DNA of 60,021 nt, the filler included, from Sphacelaria rigidula (taxonomy: Eukaryota): the NCBI GenBank assembly GCA_964200075.2. It is 4 parts of 4 records of this genome, joined end to end, with 100 filler letters (N's around TTAATTAATTAA, not from the genome) between each part and the next. Parts side by side here need not be neighbours in the genome. Positions count along the whole stretch, not along the records: positions 30,070 to 44,999 come from CAXNAA020001986.1; positions 45,100 to 60,021 come from CAXNAA020001987.1; 2 more parts are not named here. One strand, 5' to 3'. The notes below the pieces were generated by a model, which did not search any database, was not told where the DNA came from, and saw nothing but the letters and a program-made list of their open reading frames with translations. Position numbers and translations under genes: made by a program. Below, piece by piece: positions 39,834 to 53,900 of this stretch (positions within the stretch are counted from its first letter, which is position 1; each line of letters opens with the position of its first letter).

Positions 39834-40206
39834 TTGGTCCCTCTTCGTCGTTTTACGCTCTGAAGGAGATCTAGGCGGAGTTTGACACCTTGGAATGACT
39901 AGATCTACTCGTTGAGGAAGTTTCCGGACATCTTCACGTTGTCTAGTGGTCGCAGTTCTTATTTCGGCCAAACAAGTATTTTCGTCCAAGAACGATCAAG
40001 AACGGTCGAATCTAGAAAAAACTTCAATTTTTCTCTTGACTTGACCGGCTCTGGAAAAAAATGCTTGTGTGGCCAAAAGAAAAACTCCGGCCACCGAAGA
40101 ACGCGAAAATGTCCTGGAACCACCTCAACGAGTAGAGCAAGTCATTCCAAGGTGTTGAACTCCGCCTAGCTCTGTTGTAGGGCGTACAACGACGAAAAGG
40201 GACCAA
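39834..40206. mobile_element. MITE/foldback-like element with ~160-bp imperfect inverted arms
   Basis: TTGGTCCCTCTTCGTCG...CTAGGCGGAGTTTGACACCTTGGAATGACT is mirrored by AGTCATTCCAAGGTGTTGAACTCCGCCTAG...CGACGAAAAGGGACCAA. Confidence 0.75.
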
Positions 40207-43200
40207 GAAGACCTTTTTACCGGACTTCTTTTTTGTTTGCTACAACAAGCGGCCTAAATGAAAAAAAAAATGCAACTACATCAAGAGGGGAACCCTGCTC
40301 GTACGTACTACTGCACCTGATCTTACGTACTATAATACTACTGCAATACCTTAGTGCCACAAATTACGGCGCTACCCCCTCGATATGAAAATCGAATCAT
40401 CGAATTTCAACTTTGCACTTACTACTGCTCTATTTTCAGAATGCTCTTGTCTCTGCACCCACGTCAACAACAACGAAAATCATCACGCGGTACTCATGAT
40501 CGATCCGTGGATTGGGTGTCTCACCCTGTCAGTTGATTGCAACAATCCAGCTGGTGGTCAGGGCGAAGAATATAGAAGGCAAAAAAAACATGCAAACGCT
40601 CGACAGCTACAAAGAAAAGAGTCTCACGTATTAGACGTGAGGGACAAAAAAAACGAGAAATAAGGCCAAATAATAAGCTACTTTCATAGCTCGCTCCAGA
40701 AGCACGGGTGATTTGATGCCCAACTTGCGCAGGGATCTGAAACGCTTGTCCACCTATAATAACCCATTTCGGGTGTGAAATGACGCAAACGGACTGGAAT
40801 GGCAGTTTTACAGGGTTTATCTTGTTCGTCATAAGAAGCTGCCCTATCATTACGGAGTTTTTGTTCCTCTCTTTTCTCCCTCCCCCTCTTTTTCTGGTCG
40901 CCTCTGCCCTCGTCCATTATTTTGTTATATTTTGTGCGCGCGTCTGTGTAGATATGTACTGTGTATTACTGCTCTCTCGTGGTGATTCCATGGTCGCTTA
41001 CTGGTAGGCTGTTGCTCGGGATTTTTCCCACCCGAGTTGATTGTTCGGCGTAGTTCTGGGCGAGCGGACCCCCCTGCAGCTCGGTACAGCAAGTAAATAC
41101 GTACCTCGCACGAAGCAGAAATGGTGTTTTTGTATGTGGGGTTACCCAGGAACCCACCGATCTTTTGACCGCGGGCTTGAACAAAAAGGCTAACGCAATG
41201 GAAAAAAAATGAGTTTTTTCCAGTCACCAGGGCTTTGGACCTCAGTTCTGAGGCGAGCATCTTTGTAGCTGCTATGGCCACGACTCTTTTTTGGGGGGTA
41301 CATCCGGATGATCCGATGGAAATACATTAGTCAATCGTTGTAGCGCCCGCGGCTCACAATCAGACCTTACAGATACGTGGAGGATGGCGATATTGTAGGC
41401 GAGGAAGGCGTTTTAGGGCGTCCTGGTGGTGAAACAGATTTCGCGCATTTTGTTGTTTGACCGATAGCATCGGAGCAGGCAACATGGTTGAGAGGGCGGA
41501 TTTGGGTTTCTAGCTGTATCCGCCCAAGACTCAGCAGCAGACATACGCGGACGGAAACTGGGGTTTGTCGGAAGGAGAAGCTCACCGCTGAGGCCCCATG
41601 CGTCTTACTTGCGTGTGCGTTCACGTGTGTATTCATCCTGCCCAATCGACATCCTGCTGGGGTCAGGGGGGAAACTTCCGTGAACCTCCGGCCCAAGTCA
41701 AGCAGCACCCAACCATGCCCGCACATCCTGCCTGCAGCGCGTATACCTCTCACCAAATGCGCCACACCCTTCAGCTGTTCAGCAACAAACAATCAAATTG
41801 TGTGTGTTGACTACGTACATGTGAGTATGGCATGTCGGTGCGATCACGGCCGCTGTACCGTACTGCTGAACAGCTGTGAGACGGCCATGCCGGTGGCCCT
41901 GCTGTGTGCACATAAAACTCACTGGCATGCAGACTATTGACTATTGTACGTTGTACTGCCGTAGTTCCGCATGGTTGAGCGTAGAAGATGCGGTCAAAAC
42001 GCTCACCAGACGCAACAAGATCAGCACGGTGGTTTTGTCGCACATGATGCTTGCTGGCGGACCCAAGCTCTCCTGTGGCCTCGCGCCACATTTACATCCT
42101 AGACGTTTGCTGTATATTGCGCGCTAGACAGGTATTATTTTATCGCTGTGCTGGTCAAGTTTGTGTTGTGTCAATCAGCCTTGTTTTTGTATCTGAAAGT
42201 CAGCCCAACACTGCGGTCAGTGCTGGATTCGGGCTGTGTACTGAAGCCTAGTCAATGACGCTTTCGCGTCCCCGTCTTTTCAAGGTTGTCCCGCCGCTTT
42301 CGTCGCGGTATTTTATTGACGGCTTTGAGTCAAGTCCATCCAAGCTTATGAAAAGCGTTGCTCATTTTTCGTAGATCACGTGTATGTTTGTGTGTGTGTA
42401 TATATATATATCGTTCGGATAGAAAACATAGCGCAGCAGATTTCTAAATATGATGTCAACATAGCGGTAACCAGAGAGAGGTTGCTTGGGCACCAATCTG
42501 CACGCAAAGTCAAGTCAAGTGGGATTTTCAGACAACTTTTTTTCATGTTGGGCTTCAAGCAAGATGTCTAGTTGGCTATATTTATGTAAGCCAGCCAGAT
42601 CTCTCGCACTAGAACGCTCATGATCACAAGACCGTACTGCAGTTACGTGCGAAGTAGTACAGCACGAGAGCAACAGTCTCTCGCCACACAAGAAAGCTGT
42701 TCCGCGCGGGGGGAGTCGTACGCATCGAAGCAGCGACAAACTCCGCTCTCCGTCGTCCATGTCGCCTCATTTTATTCCCATCTGATGCTTTTATTATGTC
42801 CTTCACCCGTGTACTACAGTACACTACAGACATTCTCACAGTCACACTTGCTGCTGCAGTTTTGGTTCGAGTGAGGGAGATTAAAATGGGCAGCGCCCTA
42901 GCCCCCAACACCCGCGATACTAGTCATTATCTGACAGATAAACGGAGGCGTATAAAAGTGCATACAATAAAAATTGTGGACAGGGCTACGCTGATTGTGA
43001 ATGTGTGTATATCTGTGCTGTTTGATGTGATCAGTGTTGTGCCTGGTTAGTGTCACGTTTGTTATCACCCCCGTCCACCGAAGAGAACGGAGCTTGGTTT
43101 TGTCAACAGAATCGATGATGCAGCCAATCACACAGCTGATGGAACCTAGCTGTAGATGATATTTGTAGCGACGACCTCCAAGCACGCTGATGCTATTCAG

Positions 43201-44999
43201 CCCACGACGGCGCGCCAACTTGGCGATGGATACCTGATAAAATCTGGCACAGCAGCACAGTAGATCCATCTACCAAAAAAAAAGTGCATGATCATATGTG
43301 ACGAGGATGTCGCATCGAGCCAGCGGGTGAGCAGGTGATTGCTAGGCGCCAGAGCTATAAACAGCAATTGGAATTGGCTCGCGTCGCGATCTCTCCTGAT
43401 TGGATAGTGACATCATTCATTGTGCGGTTGCCGTTATTTTTGTTTCTCACGTTAGCCCTTTTCTAGAAATCTAGCGTTCGCGGTCACAAAGTCCTATTAA
43501 TAGCACAAAAAGACAGAATGCAAGGAAAGCATATATTGCACACCTTGGACAACAGATTTCATTGTCGAAAATGTACTGCGTACAGTATGGAATCTATTGC
43601 CTTTTGCAACAGGTGCAATGTAGCCGATACTGTACGCAGTACACTTCTTGACAGTGTATTATATTGTCCAGAGTATGACGTATTGTAGTACGCCAGCAAA
43701 ATACAAAACAGATCCAAAAATAGAAGGAAAAAAAACTATACAGTAGCTCGTAAGAACAAAATGAAAATAAGAAAAAATGCGGTGACATGGTACGCAGACC
43801 AAAAGAGGCCGAAAAAGGCGAAGAAGGGTGCGTAGGTACGGCATAACATGCGACTCAACAACACACTAACCGCAACATATTTTGTACAGCTGGTTCGCTG
43901 CCATGGCTTTTGCCCTCGAATCGAAGCTCCCCGAACCTATTTCTTGGCCTACGTTCGCTTATTTTTGAACGGCTCTAGGGCCTACGTCGTATGTTTTTAA
44001 TCGTAACGCGCATCTGTTTGACAGTGCGAGGTTATGTATGCCTCTTTTCGAAGCTCGAACGGCATCACTGATAAGGTTAACTCGATGGGCACAAGTCAAT
44101 CAAGATATTGTAGCTCTGAAGTCAAGTCGAATCGTCTTCAGAGCAATAAATTCCAAGGGTTTGTCGAGAAGTTTTGTTAGCTGTTTCACTGACAAAGATG
44201 CATAGCATGTTGTCAAGCCTCTTGACCTATATTGCTCATGATGGTGAGATCACGTGGAAATATTCGGTATACAATACAACACTCGAGAGAGAGAGAGAGG
44301 GTTTGCTAATTGATGTCAGCCTAGTGGTATCCAAAGAAATTGGGTGCTGATGTATATCGTATTTTTAAGAAGACTGAGTTGATCATGACTGTTCAAACCA
44401 GAAATTCGTATGTGCTCCAGCATCAGTCATATTCGCTGGTTGACGAAGTCCATGTTCACATGCAGAACATTTTACAGTGCGGTGCCCCCATATCTTGAGG
44501 TTTTACCCATGTTCTCGTGCTGTGTTGTTTGTTACGTAGCACGAGCGCGGCAGTTTCTTATAACACCACGACCCGGGTCTGGATACAGGTGGTCGTGGAC
44601 CGACGCCCGTCACAACGTCCCATCTCACTCGTCACACACCAGCCCATACTTCCCCAAAATGACGTCCTCTGTTTGCTCTATACCCAACTGTAGACGATTT
44701 AGATCATTTCTGCAGTCGCTTGTGCTCGTTGAGCGCTATAGTTCGTCCGGAGGATATTGGTGAAGTCAATTGAGCAGAGACGCAAGCTCAAAGCGCACGA
44801 TGTTTGTTATCACCTGCGAAGAAATAACCAGGCGTTTCTTCAGCGACTAATAAATCGACAAAAAAAACTGCCCAGGCGCAACACTGTCATGTAATCGCGC
44901 CCCGTGCTACTCATCTTACGGGGTTAATATCACGCTCTCGTGGGACCATACCCTCTGCACCCCTCCCCCCCCCGTCCCCGCTTGTCCATAGATGAAGAC

Positions 45000-45099
45000 N
45001 NNNNNNNNNNNNNNNNNNNNNNNNNNNNNNNNNNNNNNNNNNNTTAATTAATTAANNNNNNNNNNNNNNNNNNNNNNNNNNNNNNNNNNNNNNNNNNNN
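45000..45099. other. Artificial scaffold-joining linker
   Basis: N44-TTAATTAATTAA-N44. Confidence 0.97.
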
Positions 45100-47191
45100 C
45101 TCCCTTTTGGGCAATCAGGCCGAAGAAATCGCGAATTTGGTGATTTTGAGTCGTGATGATTTGTCCTAACCGTGCAAGCTTGGCCAAATTTTGCGAGTTT
45201 TTGGCCGAAATTTTACCAGAATCTCCTGCACGCAAGTACGTACTGTACAGCATTTCGGGGGATGCCGCCGTTTTTATTTAATTTCACGGAGTCACGATAT
45301 TTTTGTTTTTTTTGTTCTTGGCATCCCGAGAGATGTTGCGTGTGTTGATGAAAATGTCGTGTCAAAGTTTCAGGGTCTAACTCCTCAACTTCAGCACCGC
45401 CTGATTCAAAAACATTCAAGAATCACTGTCAGCTGACCCAGCTTGTACTCAATTCGGCCTTTGCCGCCGAGGTGTCCATCTGAGCCGTTCAAATAGCAAG
45501 TAAAAGCTTCACATGCAATTATCTCGTTCTCAGTATACTTCCGTATCACGACGAACTTACTCCCAATAACACCCCCTCGCCTAATTTGGCGTTTTCAAAG
45601 TGGGCGGGGCTGCCGTTCTCCACGTTTCTTCGGGTATCCATCCATGGTCCACCCGAAGGCTCCGGAGGCAAAACGTTGAACCCTTGAACCTTCTAGCGCT
45701 GGAGGTGTCCATGTGCGGAATCTGCATCATCTCCAGTCCTTTGTCGAACTAAAAAGGATTCCGATTTTCCAAATGGACACATCCGGCGCTACCGTAAAGG
45801 ACTCGCGCGCCCATATGCCAGCAGGCTTCTTGTTGATCTGCTGGGGATTCAAGATAGTTGTTTCGAGGGAAGAGACCCCCTACAAAGTACATGTGAAGGG
45901 CCATTGCCGCGCATATGCCACATGGATCGTGCATGAACCATGGGCAGCTGCATTACCGTTCCACAGGGTAGTAATTTTTTGTCAATGCAATGCATGTAGT
46001 CAACACGCACAGCTGTTGTGAAACAGTTGAGGGGCGTGGCGTATTCAGTAGGCGTGTACATTGTGTAGGCGGCGCACGCGGCTGTGATGGGTTTGATTTT
46101 TTTTTGTACCAGAGGTATGCAGGCATTTCCCCATCCCCACAGCCGAGGGAGCAGGACAAGCACAACAAGTTGACGTACGCACAAGCAAACGCGCATGGCA
46201 AAGCCTTTGTGAGCGTATCCCCCTCACAAATTCTTGCTGCCCAAGCGGAAGCTGTTGGCGTTGAGCATTTGGAATAGAGGGGCGACCTAGATCGGCTTTT
46301 GTGGGCAAGAAATGCTCGACCTTCCTGCCCTGCAATCTCATTGGTCGATGGTCGAAATAGAGATACGCACGTTCATTTTAGCCCCAAAGCGACCTGCTAG
46401 CGTCCTCCTGCGCCCTCCGACTTCCACGCTATGGCCATTCGCCAAGAACTGGCAGGACTGTCAGAGGCTGGATTCTCAAAACAGACGGTCGCGGGCGCTC
46501 GAAGGGTCAACTGGGATATGAAATACCGTAGATTGGAGGGTAACACTCCCGGCTGTCATTTGTTCATCGAGTACCTCCACGGGCAATTTCTTCTACTTGT
46601 GAACAAACTTGTACGTAAACGGATGTTAACGTCATCGCATCGACACTTATTTTGGCATCACCAGTGGTGCCCTAGTCTTGGTGAATCGGCGTTAACAAAT
46701 CTGTCAGGGAGTGGTATCCCCCGTATTCCAAAGCAATGTAGTGAAGAGTTCATGGCGATAGGAGGACTGCACGGAGACTAGAGAGTCTGGCCAATTCGGC
46801 TGTTGGAGCTTTGCTCGAGACGTCGAGCGCGATTCGCTGTGGATGCACATATGTCTACTGCACTGACCCAACAAGGACTGTTGGGGGCTGCAACTTCTAT
46901 CGCTGTACCAGCCTCACTTACAGGAGACACAGCGCAGGAAGTGGTGTCCTGGAGGAAGCCATTATCACGTGTTATCTGGTTGTATGTATGGGTGGTTTGA
47001 GAGCGCTCCCTTGAGTAACGCAAGCTGAAGCCTATATCTTCATGGTGGTATTTCCAACGCCGAGCACGTAACCAGTCGGGAGCCATCGTTCGCCGAGTAC
47101 ATGTTTGATGCAGGGTCGTGGGTCAGTCTCGAACGCACTGTAGGCGAAGCGGCCTCATGTACATACGCATTTGCTACTCGATGCCGAGCAG

Positions 47192-49134
47192 GGAACACGT
47201 TTCAACGCCACGAAGGACCAGGCGGGCACGTACTATACCACCAAGATATGGCAGTTCTCCATGAAGTGCCCGTCGTGCAGCACCGTGTTGGTCATAAAGA
47301 CCGACCCCAAGAACACTGACTACGAGTACGTGGAAGGCATTCGCAAGAAAGACATGGCCTTTGATCCTGAGGAGGCGGAGACACAGCGCGTGCAGGATAG
47401 CGAAGTATCCAACAAACTTGCAGGTATGCAGTATGCATCGTGGACGCGACATCAAACATGATTTTTCGTGATTCAGCTTGCAGATAACATGAGGGGAGAG
47501 GAGTCATTCGCGCGCGGCTCCGGGATGCTCAAATGCATTGGATACTTTTGTGGTCGACGTCAAAGTGTTGGTTCTTGTCATCAAGTTCCATCTTCGCCTC
47601 CACCGGTAGACCGTCCGAAATGCTTGCTCCAAAGCGCCAACGCCCTTCACCTCGTTTCTGCCCGCCTCTCCCCTTCATCCGCCAATTATCCTGCAACGCA
47701 GTTGACCCTCTTTACAGACTGGAGCATGAACAGGCCGACAAGCGCCGAGCGGCGTCGCGGAAGACGGTATTAACGAGGTTAACCGAGCTGTCTGATGCTC
47801 ATGGGCGAGATGACTACTCCGCTAACGCTTCATTGCGAAAAGCAATGCGCTCACGGAAAAAAAAGGAGAAGGAGCGCGAAGAGGAGGCGAAGGTACGTGC
47901 GCTGCATCAAGTAGTGCTCAAGGTTTGCCCAGGAAAATTCTTAAGATAGTGGCCCCCCATGACCACAGCGCGCGTGCGTGCAGTCTGGGCGTGCTTCGTA
48001 CTGCAGACTGGCGTGGCCGTGATTTGCTTTTTCCGGGGCACCCTTATTTGCAGGCTCTTTGAGGGTGCCCAAGAAGGCGTGGGTCAGACACACCATGGAC
48101 TTGTTTGACTTCATCTCTGTCAGCAGCATGTGCTGGCGACAATAACTTCTTGGCCTGTTCGTATGCAGGAGCGTGACGGTCTATCATTCCAAAGTTATCA
48201 GAGCTATAGATGCGTCGGGAATGATGGCTACCGCCTTCCTCTACCCATCCCTGTCGTTGCTCGTGCGTCTCTGCAGGCAAGAGGTCTAGGAATCCGCCTC
48301 GCAACGCCTAGTCCCGCCGATGCACACGCCGCGCAAAGAGTAAAGTACCGCAGCCGGCACAAAGGCTTCAGAAATGGGGAGCGAGCGAAGATGGCAAGCA
48401 TTTCGAGCGAATCAATTTTCGGCGCTGGAAAAGAGTCTTCGGCGCAAGCACGACGAAAGGCTGTGCTGACAAAGGCGGCCAAGCTGGGCATCAAGACTAA
48501 AGGGATGCGATTGCTCGAGCCCGGAGTTGCAACTACGCCTTCGGCTTCAAGGGGGTCCCCTGGTAGTACAAATAATGCCATGAGCAACAAACGTGACCCG
48601 CATTCATTAACGTTGAGGTCCGGAATTGGAGGCCACCACGCGAGCGTGCCTTTGCCGCGTGAGAGGAGTAGAAAAAGGCGACGGGACGACGACGCACATC
48701 ATGAGGTCGAAAACATCAATTATTCTGCCTCGGAGGTGGATCAGTTGAATTATTCTCAAGCTGAGGCTGAAACAGCGCATGTGTCGGTGAACGGAAATAC
48801 GTCGCTAGATGCTCCCAGCACGAGGAAGAAACACGATCATCGTAAAAAGGGCTCGAGCGCATCCACCGGTGGTGGAAGGAAACCGTCGAGTAGCGAAACT
48901 GATTTAGGACGTATTGCAGAAGTCGGGAGGGCCAGGCGGCAGACGACTGGCTGCGTCGTGACGACACCTTCACGATCAAAGACAAAAGAGGAGCAGGCGG
49001 GGTTAGCTGTAAGATCAACGTCCTCCCGAGGAAAGAAGAGACACAAGACCAAGAGCTCGTCCTCGAAAGGAAGTGCCAGTAGTGCCTCGGCGGTAGGCGA
49101 CGGTGGCCTTGCGGCTATTGCCACTTTGTACTGA
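47192..49134 (+). CDS. YJU2B: YJU2B/CCDC130 (CWC16 family) splicing factor, 3' exons
   Basis: Exons 47192-47423, 47702-47892 and 48277-49134 give GTRFNATKDQAGTYYTTKIWQFSMKCPSC...IKTDPKNTDYEY, DPLYRLEH and DDYSANASLRKAMR. 5' exons were not found. Confidence 0.9.
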
Positions 49135-49344
49135 GTAGGCGGTTGTCCCCTGGCGGTCTTCAAGGAGGACAACACGGCAAGGGACACGGTCTATACGTGT
49201 GTACCAGTTGGCTCTGTACGTAATGATGCGTGTGACTGTTGACGCTGTGTATAGGTGACGATGGATATTCTGTACATAATTTACGAGGCGTACGTGGATC
49301 GTACGGTGAAGGTAGGGAGAACGGTACAGTACTGGGCGGTCTAA

Positions 49345-49715
49345 CTATCAAGGGGTGTCTTGGGGGTTTTTCTCGCGTACTACTCTTCGATAGAAGTCGA
49401 AATTGCTAGCGTCGGTAGATTTTGGTACAAAATAACAGATTATTTTCGAAACACAGTGCTCAAGTCAGTGTATGTCGGTGTTATCGGGCGAAACGAGAAA
49501 ATACCCCGTTCATCAGGAGGGTGTTTTTGACCGTGAAACACCGTTTTTCGGTCCTGGTGCGATAAGTACGCAGAATTTCAAAACAATGAAACTGTACATT
49601 TCTTGACAAACATGATCGAGACGGGCTCGATCGACAAAAAATACAGAAGAGTAAGAATCTAGGCTGAAACGTGGCAGGACCCCCGATGACCGGTCAGCCC
49701 GTAAGTCACTCAATA
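49345..49715 (-). repeat. Dispersed repeat related to about 24895-25560
   Basis: Reverse complement shares TGAGTGACTTACGGGCT, ACGGTCAAAAACACCCTC and ACGCTAGCA with the scaffold-2 copy. Confidence 0.65.
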
Positions 49716-50987
49716 TTGAGTACAGAGGATTTTTTCTTCTTGGATTGTGAAGCGGATACAAATATCTTCAGATCCCCGATATGATAAGCGGTGGCAAGTG
49801 AAGAGAGCCCAAGAAAATCGCCAATTACGACAAAATCACAAAACGCCACGAAATGAATGGTTAGACCGCCCACTACTGTACAGGGTGCGTTGTGAAGAAA
49901 ATAAACTTTTTCCAAGCGATGTTTTTTTGCATGCGTGCAATTTCCGCTTACAACTCATCAATATGCCGAATAAAATGAGTGACGCAGCGCCTGTAGTGTT
50001 CTTCCTTCGTATTGACCGTATGGCATGTCTCGTAGCGATCAGTACAACGCTGACGACGGGTGTCGGTTTCATGGGGACTCTGTAGACCTTAGCGTGCGCC
50101 GATGTCGAAGTATAGATGTATGAGGGAAATAAACAGACGTTGTTCCATCCTTTCCAGGCAAACAGGACAAGCATGGCGTCAAACACGTGGTGTGTACTGC
50201 TGTTTGTAAGTTCGGCGTGCTCAGTGTACAACGTGCTCTTGCTGTGCTGCGTACACATTCTACCGATCGATTCCGACTCCACTCTTTCGAAAACATCAAA
50301 TCCGCTATCCAGGCTACATTCTCGGAGTCGTTGGCACGCTCGGGCTTTGCCGAACTCACGGCACAACAGTGTTGCCATATACACGCAACACCCGACCCAA
50401 TGTGTGGAGAACCTATAGTAGCTCTTTTTCTACATATCTATGGGTGTACGATCTAGAGGTCCGCTCTATATGTGGAACGCTTCGATGAACGATACGAGTA
50501 TACCGTCCCGCCCGTATCAGATATACTCATACATCGTCCGGACTGAACGCACGTATATGTACCAAACATGTTCCCTCATGGACTCCCTAGCCAGAAGATC
50601 GGGGACCGCCGTCCCCTTGAGTGTGTAGCCGATGTGTCAACGCAAGCCCCTGATTTTTAAAAAATACACACGGTTGCGATCTCTGGAGTGACTCCCTTCG
50701 TTCGTCGTTCGCCTCCACTCAGCGCTACGAGTATCGCGAGTTTATTGAAACAAGTTGCACGGGACGTCAATAACACGGCGGAAGATATTGATGTTCCTCC
50801 TCCAAGAGGATGAAGGCCACGGTGTCGCAATTCTCTTGAGATGACCGTGCTGCGCCAAAAACATACTGGTAAAATATATCGCCCTTCAGACTGAATCCTG
50901 TATAGCATTTTCCAAGCACGTCGCAAGGCGGGCACAGAAGACATGCAGCGAGGGAAACTCAGACAAAGACAGAAAGTAATGTGGCAC

Positions 50988-53900
50988 TTAGCTTTCTGAT
51001 CGGCGACCCCAAGAACTTGGGAAATCCGATTTGCCGACATCCCTTGGTCGACCGCTGGTATTCCCTCCCCGTTACTCCGAGAACTGCTTGCCACTTCGTT
51101 CTCATCAGCTGTGCCAAGAAGATTCCGAGAAATCCCCCTCCTCTCCTCAGTAGCCTGGCAAAATACCAAAACCCACTGCGTGTAATCAGTCGTGTTCAAG
51201 AGTCCCTCCGCTACTGAGGGCCATTGATAACGTCAGCCGCGGACAAAGGGATATTGACCCATCAGATTTACTATATATATATTTGGCCAATCAGAATACT
51301 TCATGGACGTACCGCGTGGTAACCCAGGTACTGTACTACTCATGATCCGCGTCCATGTCTTCCTTAATTGGCATATACCACCGTTCGTTGTGATGAAACG
51401 GACGTACTTCGTCTGCCTAAGGCCCACAACGATTGCAAGATAATTTCTGCCCCTCACAGAGCATGCAATGTTCCTTCGCTTCGCGGAGGATTGTCGTTCA
51501 CCCCCCCGAACACCTCCTCGGTGCAAGTCCGTAGTCGGGAGTATCCAACCCATCTCCCCGGGTACCGTCTGAAACTTTGTTACCGAGCGCTGGGTCAGCA
51601 CTGCCGCATCCCGTCACCTCAATTCGAATTTTGTTGACTCATGTTATCACGGATTCCACGATGAAAATCATAAGGTATCGTTACTCATTACTGTTGGGAT
51701 CCGGACCCACAACGAGTAAGCCGCCCAAACTGCAGCCGATGATGTACCTGTTTCACCACCGGGGCCCGGTGATATACCTTCATCTTAGGACGGCACAGAG
51801 CTGGACGGGGCCGGGACATGCAGGCATATACCTACGACCAATTGTTCTCCAAGAGAAAGCTTCGAGCGACGTTCGGTTCCCTCAGTCAAGTGTATATCCA
51901 TATGGACTGAAATACAGTACTGGTACCTCAGAAGTGTCGCTGCCCCCCTGAAGCCTTCGCTTGTTGCTGGTGCTGGGAAGTGTTTCTCCCCTACTAATGC
52001 TCGAGCGTGCTGGACCTGACCTAAGCTTCGTCTTGGAGTGAAACGGCGTCAACGGTGAGAGAATGCCGCGCACAAGAAGACAGCAGATTCGTTCCCGCAG
52101 CTCATTTGATCCATATCGTCGTCATCGCGCGCTATTCCGTTATTTCACACCAAGACAGTTGTGATACCAGCGGTATGCTCCACTGGTCTTCCACGGGGCA
52201 TTAGAGGGGGAGGAGGAGGGTGCCCCACCTCTTGTGAATTGCAACACATCATAATTGATGCTCATACTTAATCGTGTGCCCGTCGCAATTTATCCATGGA
52301 AAAGTTGCTACGACTCGCAGACGTTCGACCTCATCTGCTATATACTATGACAAAAGAATCACGACGAGTCGATGGATACGACCTTTTCAATATCACCCGG
52401 TGTTGGATGTAACACCCTCACCCCGCACTTTCCTTTCCGCAAAAGTACTGCATGATAATCGGTCACCTTGGCAGTACTGCGGTTGTGGTTGGGTAGACCG
52501 GTGGCTTGGCGAAGCCCTACCGATTCGACTCCCTTGATTGGAATCCTCTTGGCGTGACCTATCTTCGTGGCTCCATCCTTGTCTGACTTTTTCCTCGTGA
52601 ATAGTCTCTCGGGGGATTCTTTCTTCATCAAGACCTTCTTTACGGACTTTTTCGTGGGGGCATCTTCCTCAGTAGACCGGAACTCCTTTGACGCGCTTAT
52701 CTGTCACCAAGTTTCACACAATGCCCAGCCAGGCTGGGATATTGTAGCAATACCAGAAACGATCCAAGTGTGCAAGTCCTCCATTTCTGACGTACTTTCG
52801 TGCACGGGAATCAGGACTTCGTGGCACAATTAAACGAAACCATTATTTCAGCTCCATAGAGTCGCGTACGCGACCCTTCGCAGGCGCAGACTCTCTCCAG
52901 AGTATTGGTCATGACGTGAGCATGAGTGCTGATATTACCGTGAATAGTCCCGTAGCATGACTTTTCGCCACGCCCCAGCGGCCAAACGAGCACATGAATA
53001 CCCATTAGTTTTCGGAGGATTTTTTGCGTTCGAATCCCGACAACAATATTTTCCCGGTTTGCTTTATCCGAAACGCGAGAACAAGAGTGGGTAAAATATT
53101 TCAATGGAAGTCGATGGCTTACGAAATTGCTGGCCCAAAGCTCTACAAAAAAAGTACAAGGCAGAGCGCCAGGGGAGAGATGAGTTGGTCTCTCCAGGGG
53201 AGAGCCGTGCTCGTCTCTTGAAATTGCGTGCCTACCCCGAGGAATGGGAGGAGCTTGAAAATATGATGAGAAAAGAATCGAGGAAGTGCTTCTAATCTAA
53301 TCTGTACGCCAGTCTACACCTTTCGGTATATGTGGGCCACTCAGCCGAGGTCACATTAGAGGAAGGTCAACACTGGAGTGTTTTTTTTGTTTTTGTTTAT
53401 AGTGCTCCACCTTCCTTCTGCGGTGCTTGTCTTTCTTTTTTATCGCGAGAGGGGTTCAACACTCCCTTTCCCTCGTCGACCGTGAAGTCGAATTTTGTGT
53501 ACCCACGACATAGTCGCTCTCCACCGTTGGGCATGGTGTGAGAAAAAATCCTAGATCATGTGACTGTACCGAGATTCGAACCCACGACCCAACCTTTATG
53601 AGGTTCCGAGGCTACCGAGTGAGCCATCGGGGCGGCCGGCAAATAGTTGCCGATGATCATGGCCCTAGTGCGAGCTATTAGGTTAAAGCCCACGTGACAT
53701 ATGGGAGCAATGGACATCATCGACCTCTTTCTTCCTGTCATAATTTCAATCCCCACCCCTTCCCCGGGGCAAGCACGTAGTCCAGAGAGACCACCCCGTC
53801 CCTCCCCTGGTGCTTGCCCAGTAGACGCCGCGAAAAAACTGAAGCTGCGATTTCGGGTGGGGGACCTGAACCTGCCAGAAAAAAGGAAGAGGTATACCAG

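Noticed and set aside
40520-43270. Nested gene inside the IleRS intron
   Set aside because: There are scattered short ORFs and splice-like sites but no consistent exon chain or recognisable motif.
45700-47100. Upstream YJU2B exons or a separate gene
   Set aside because: No RFEMP/WC or YYPP motifs were found, and the ORFs are short and stop-ridden.
53560-53640. tRNA gene
   Set aside because: A and B boxes are present but I could not form a convincing cloverleaf, and the segment is fused to a body repeated elsewhere, so it fits a SINE better.
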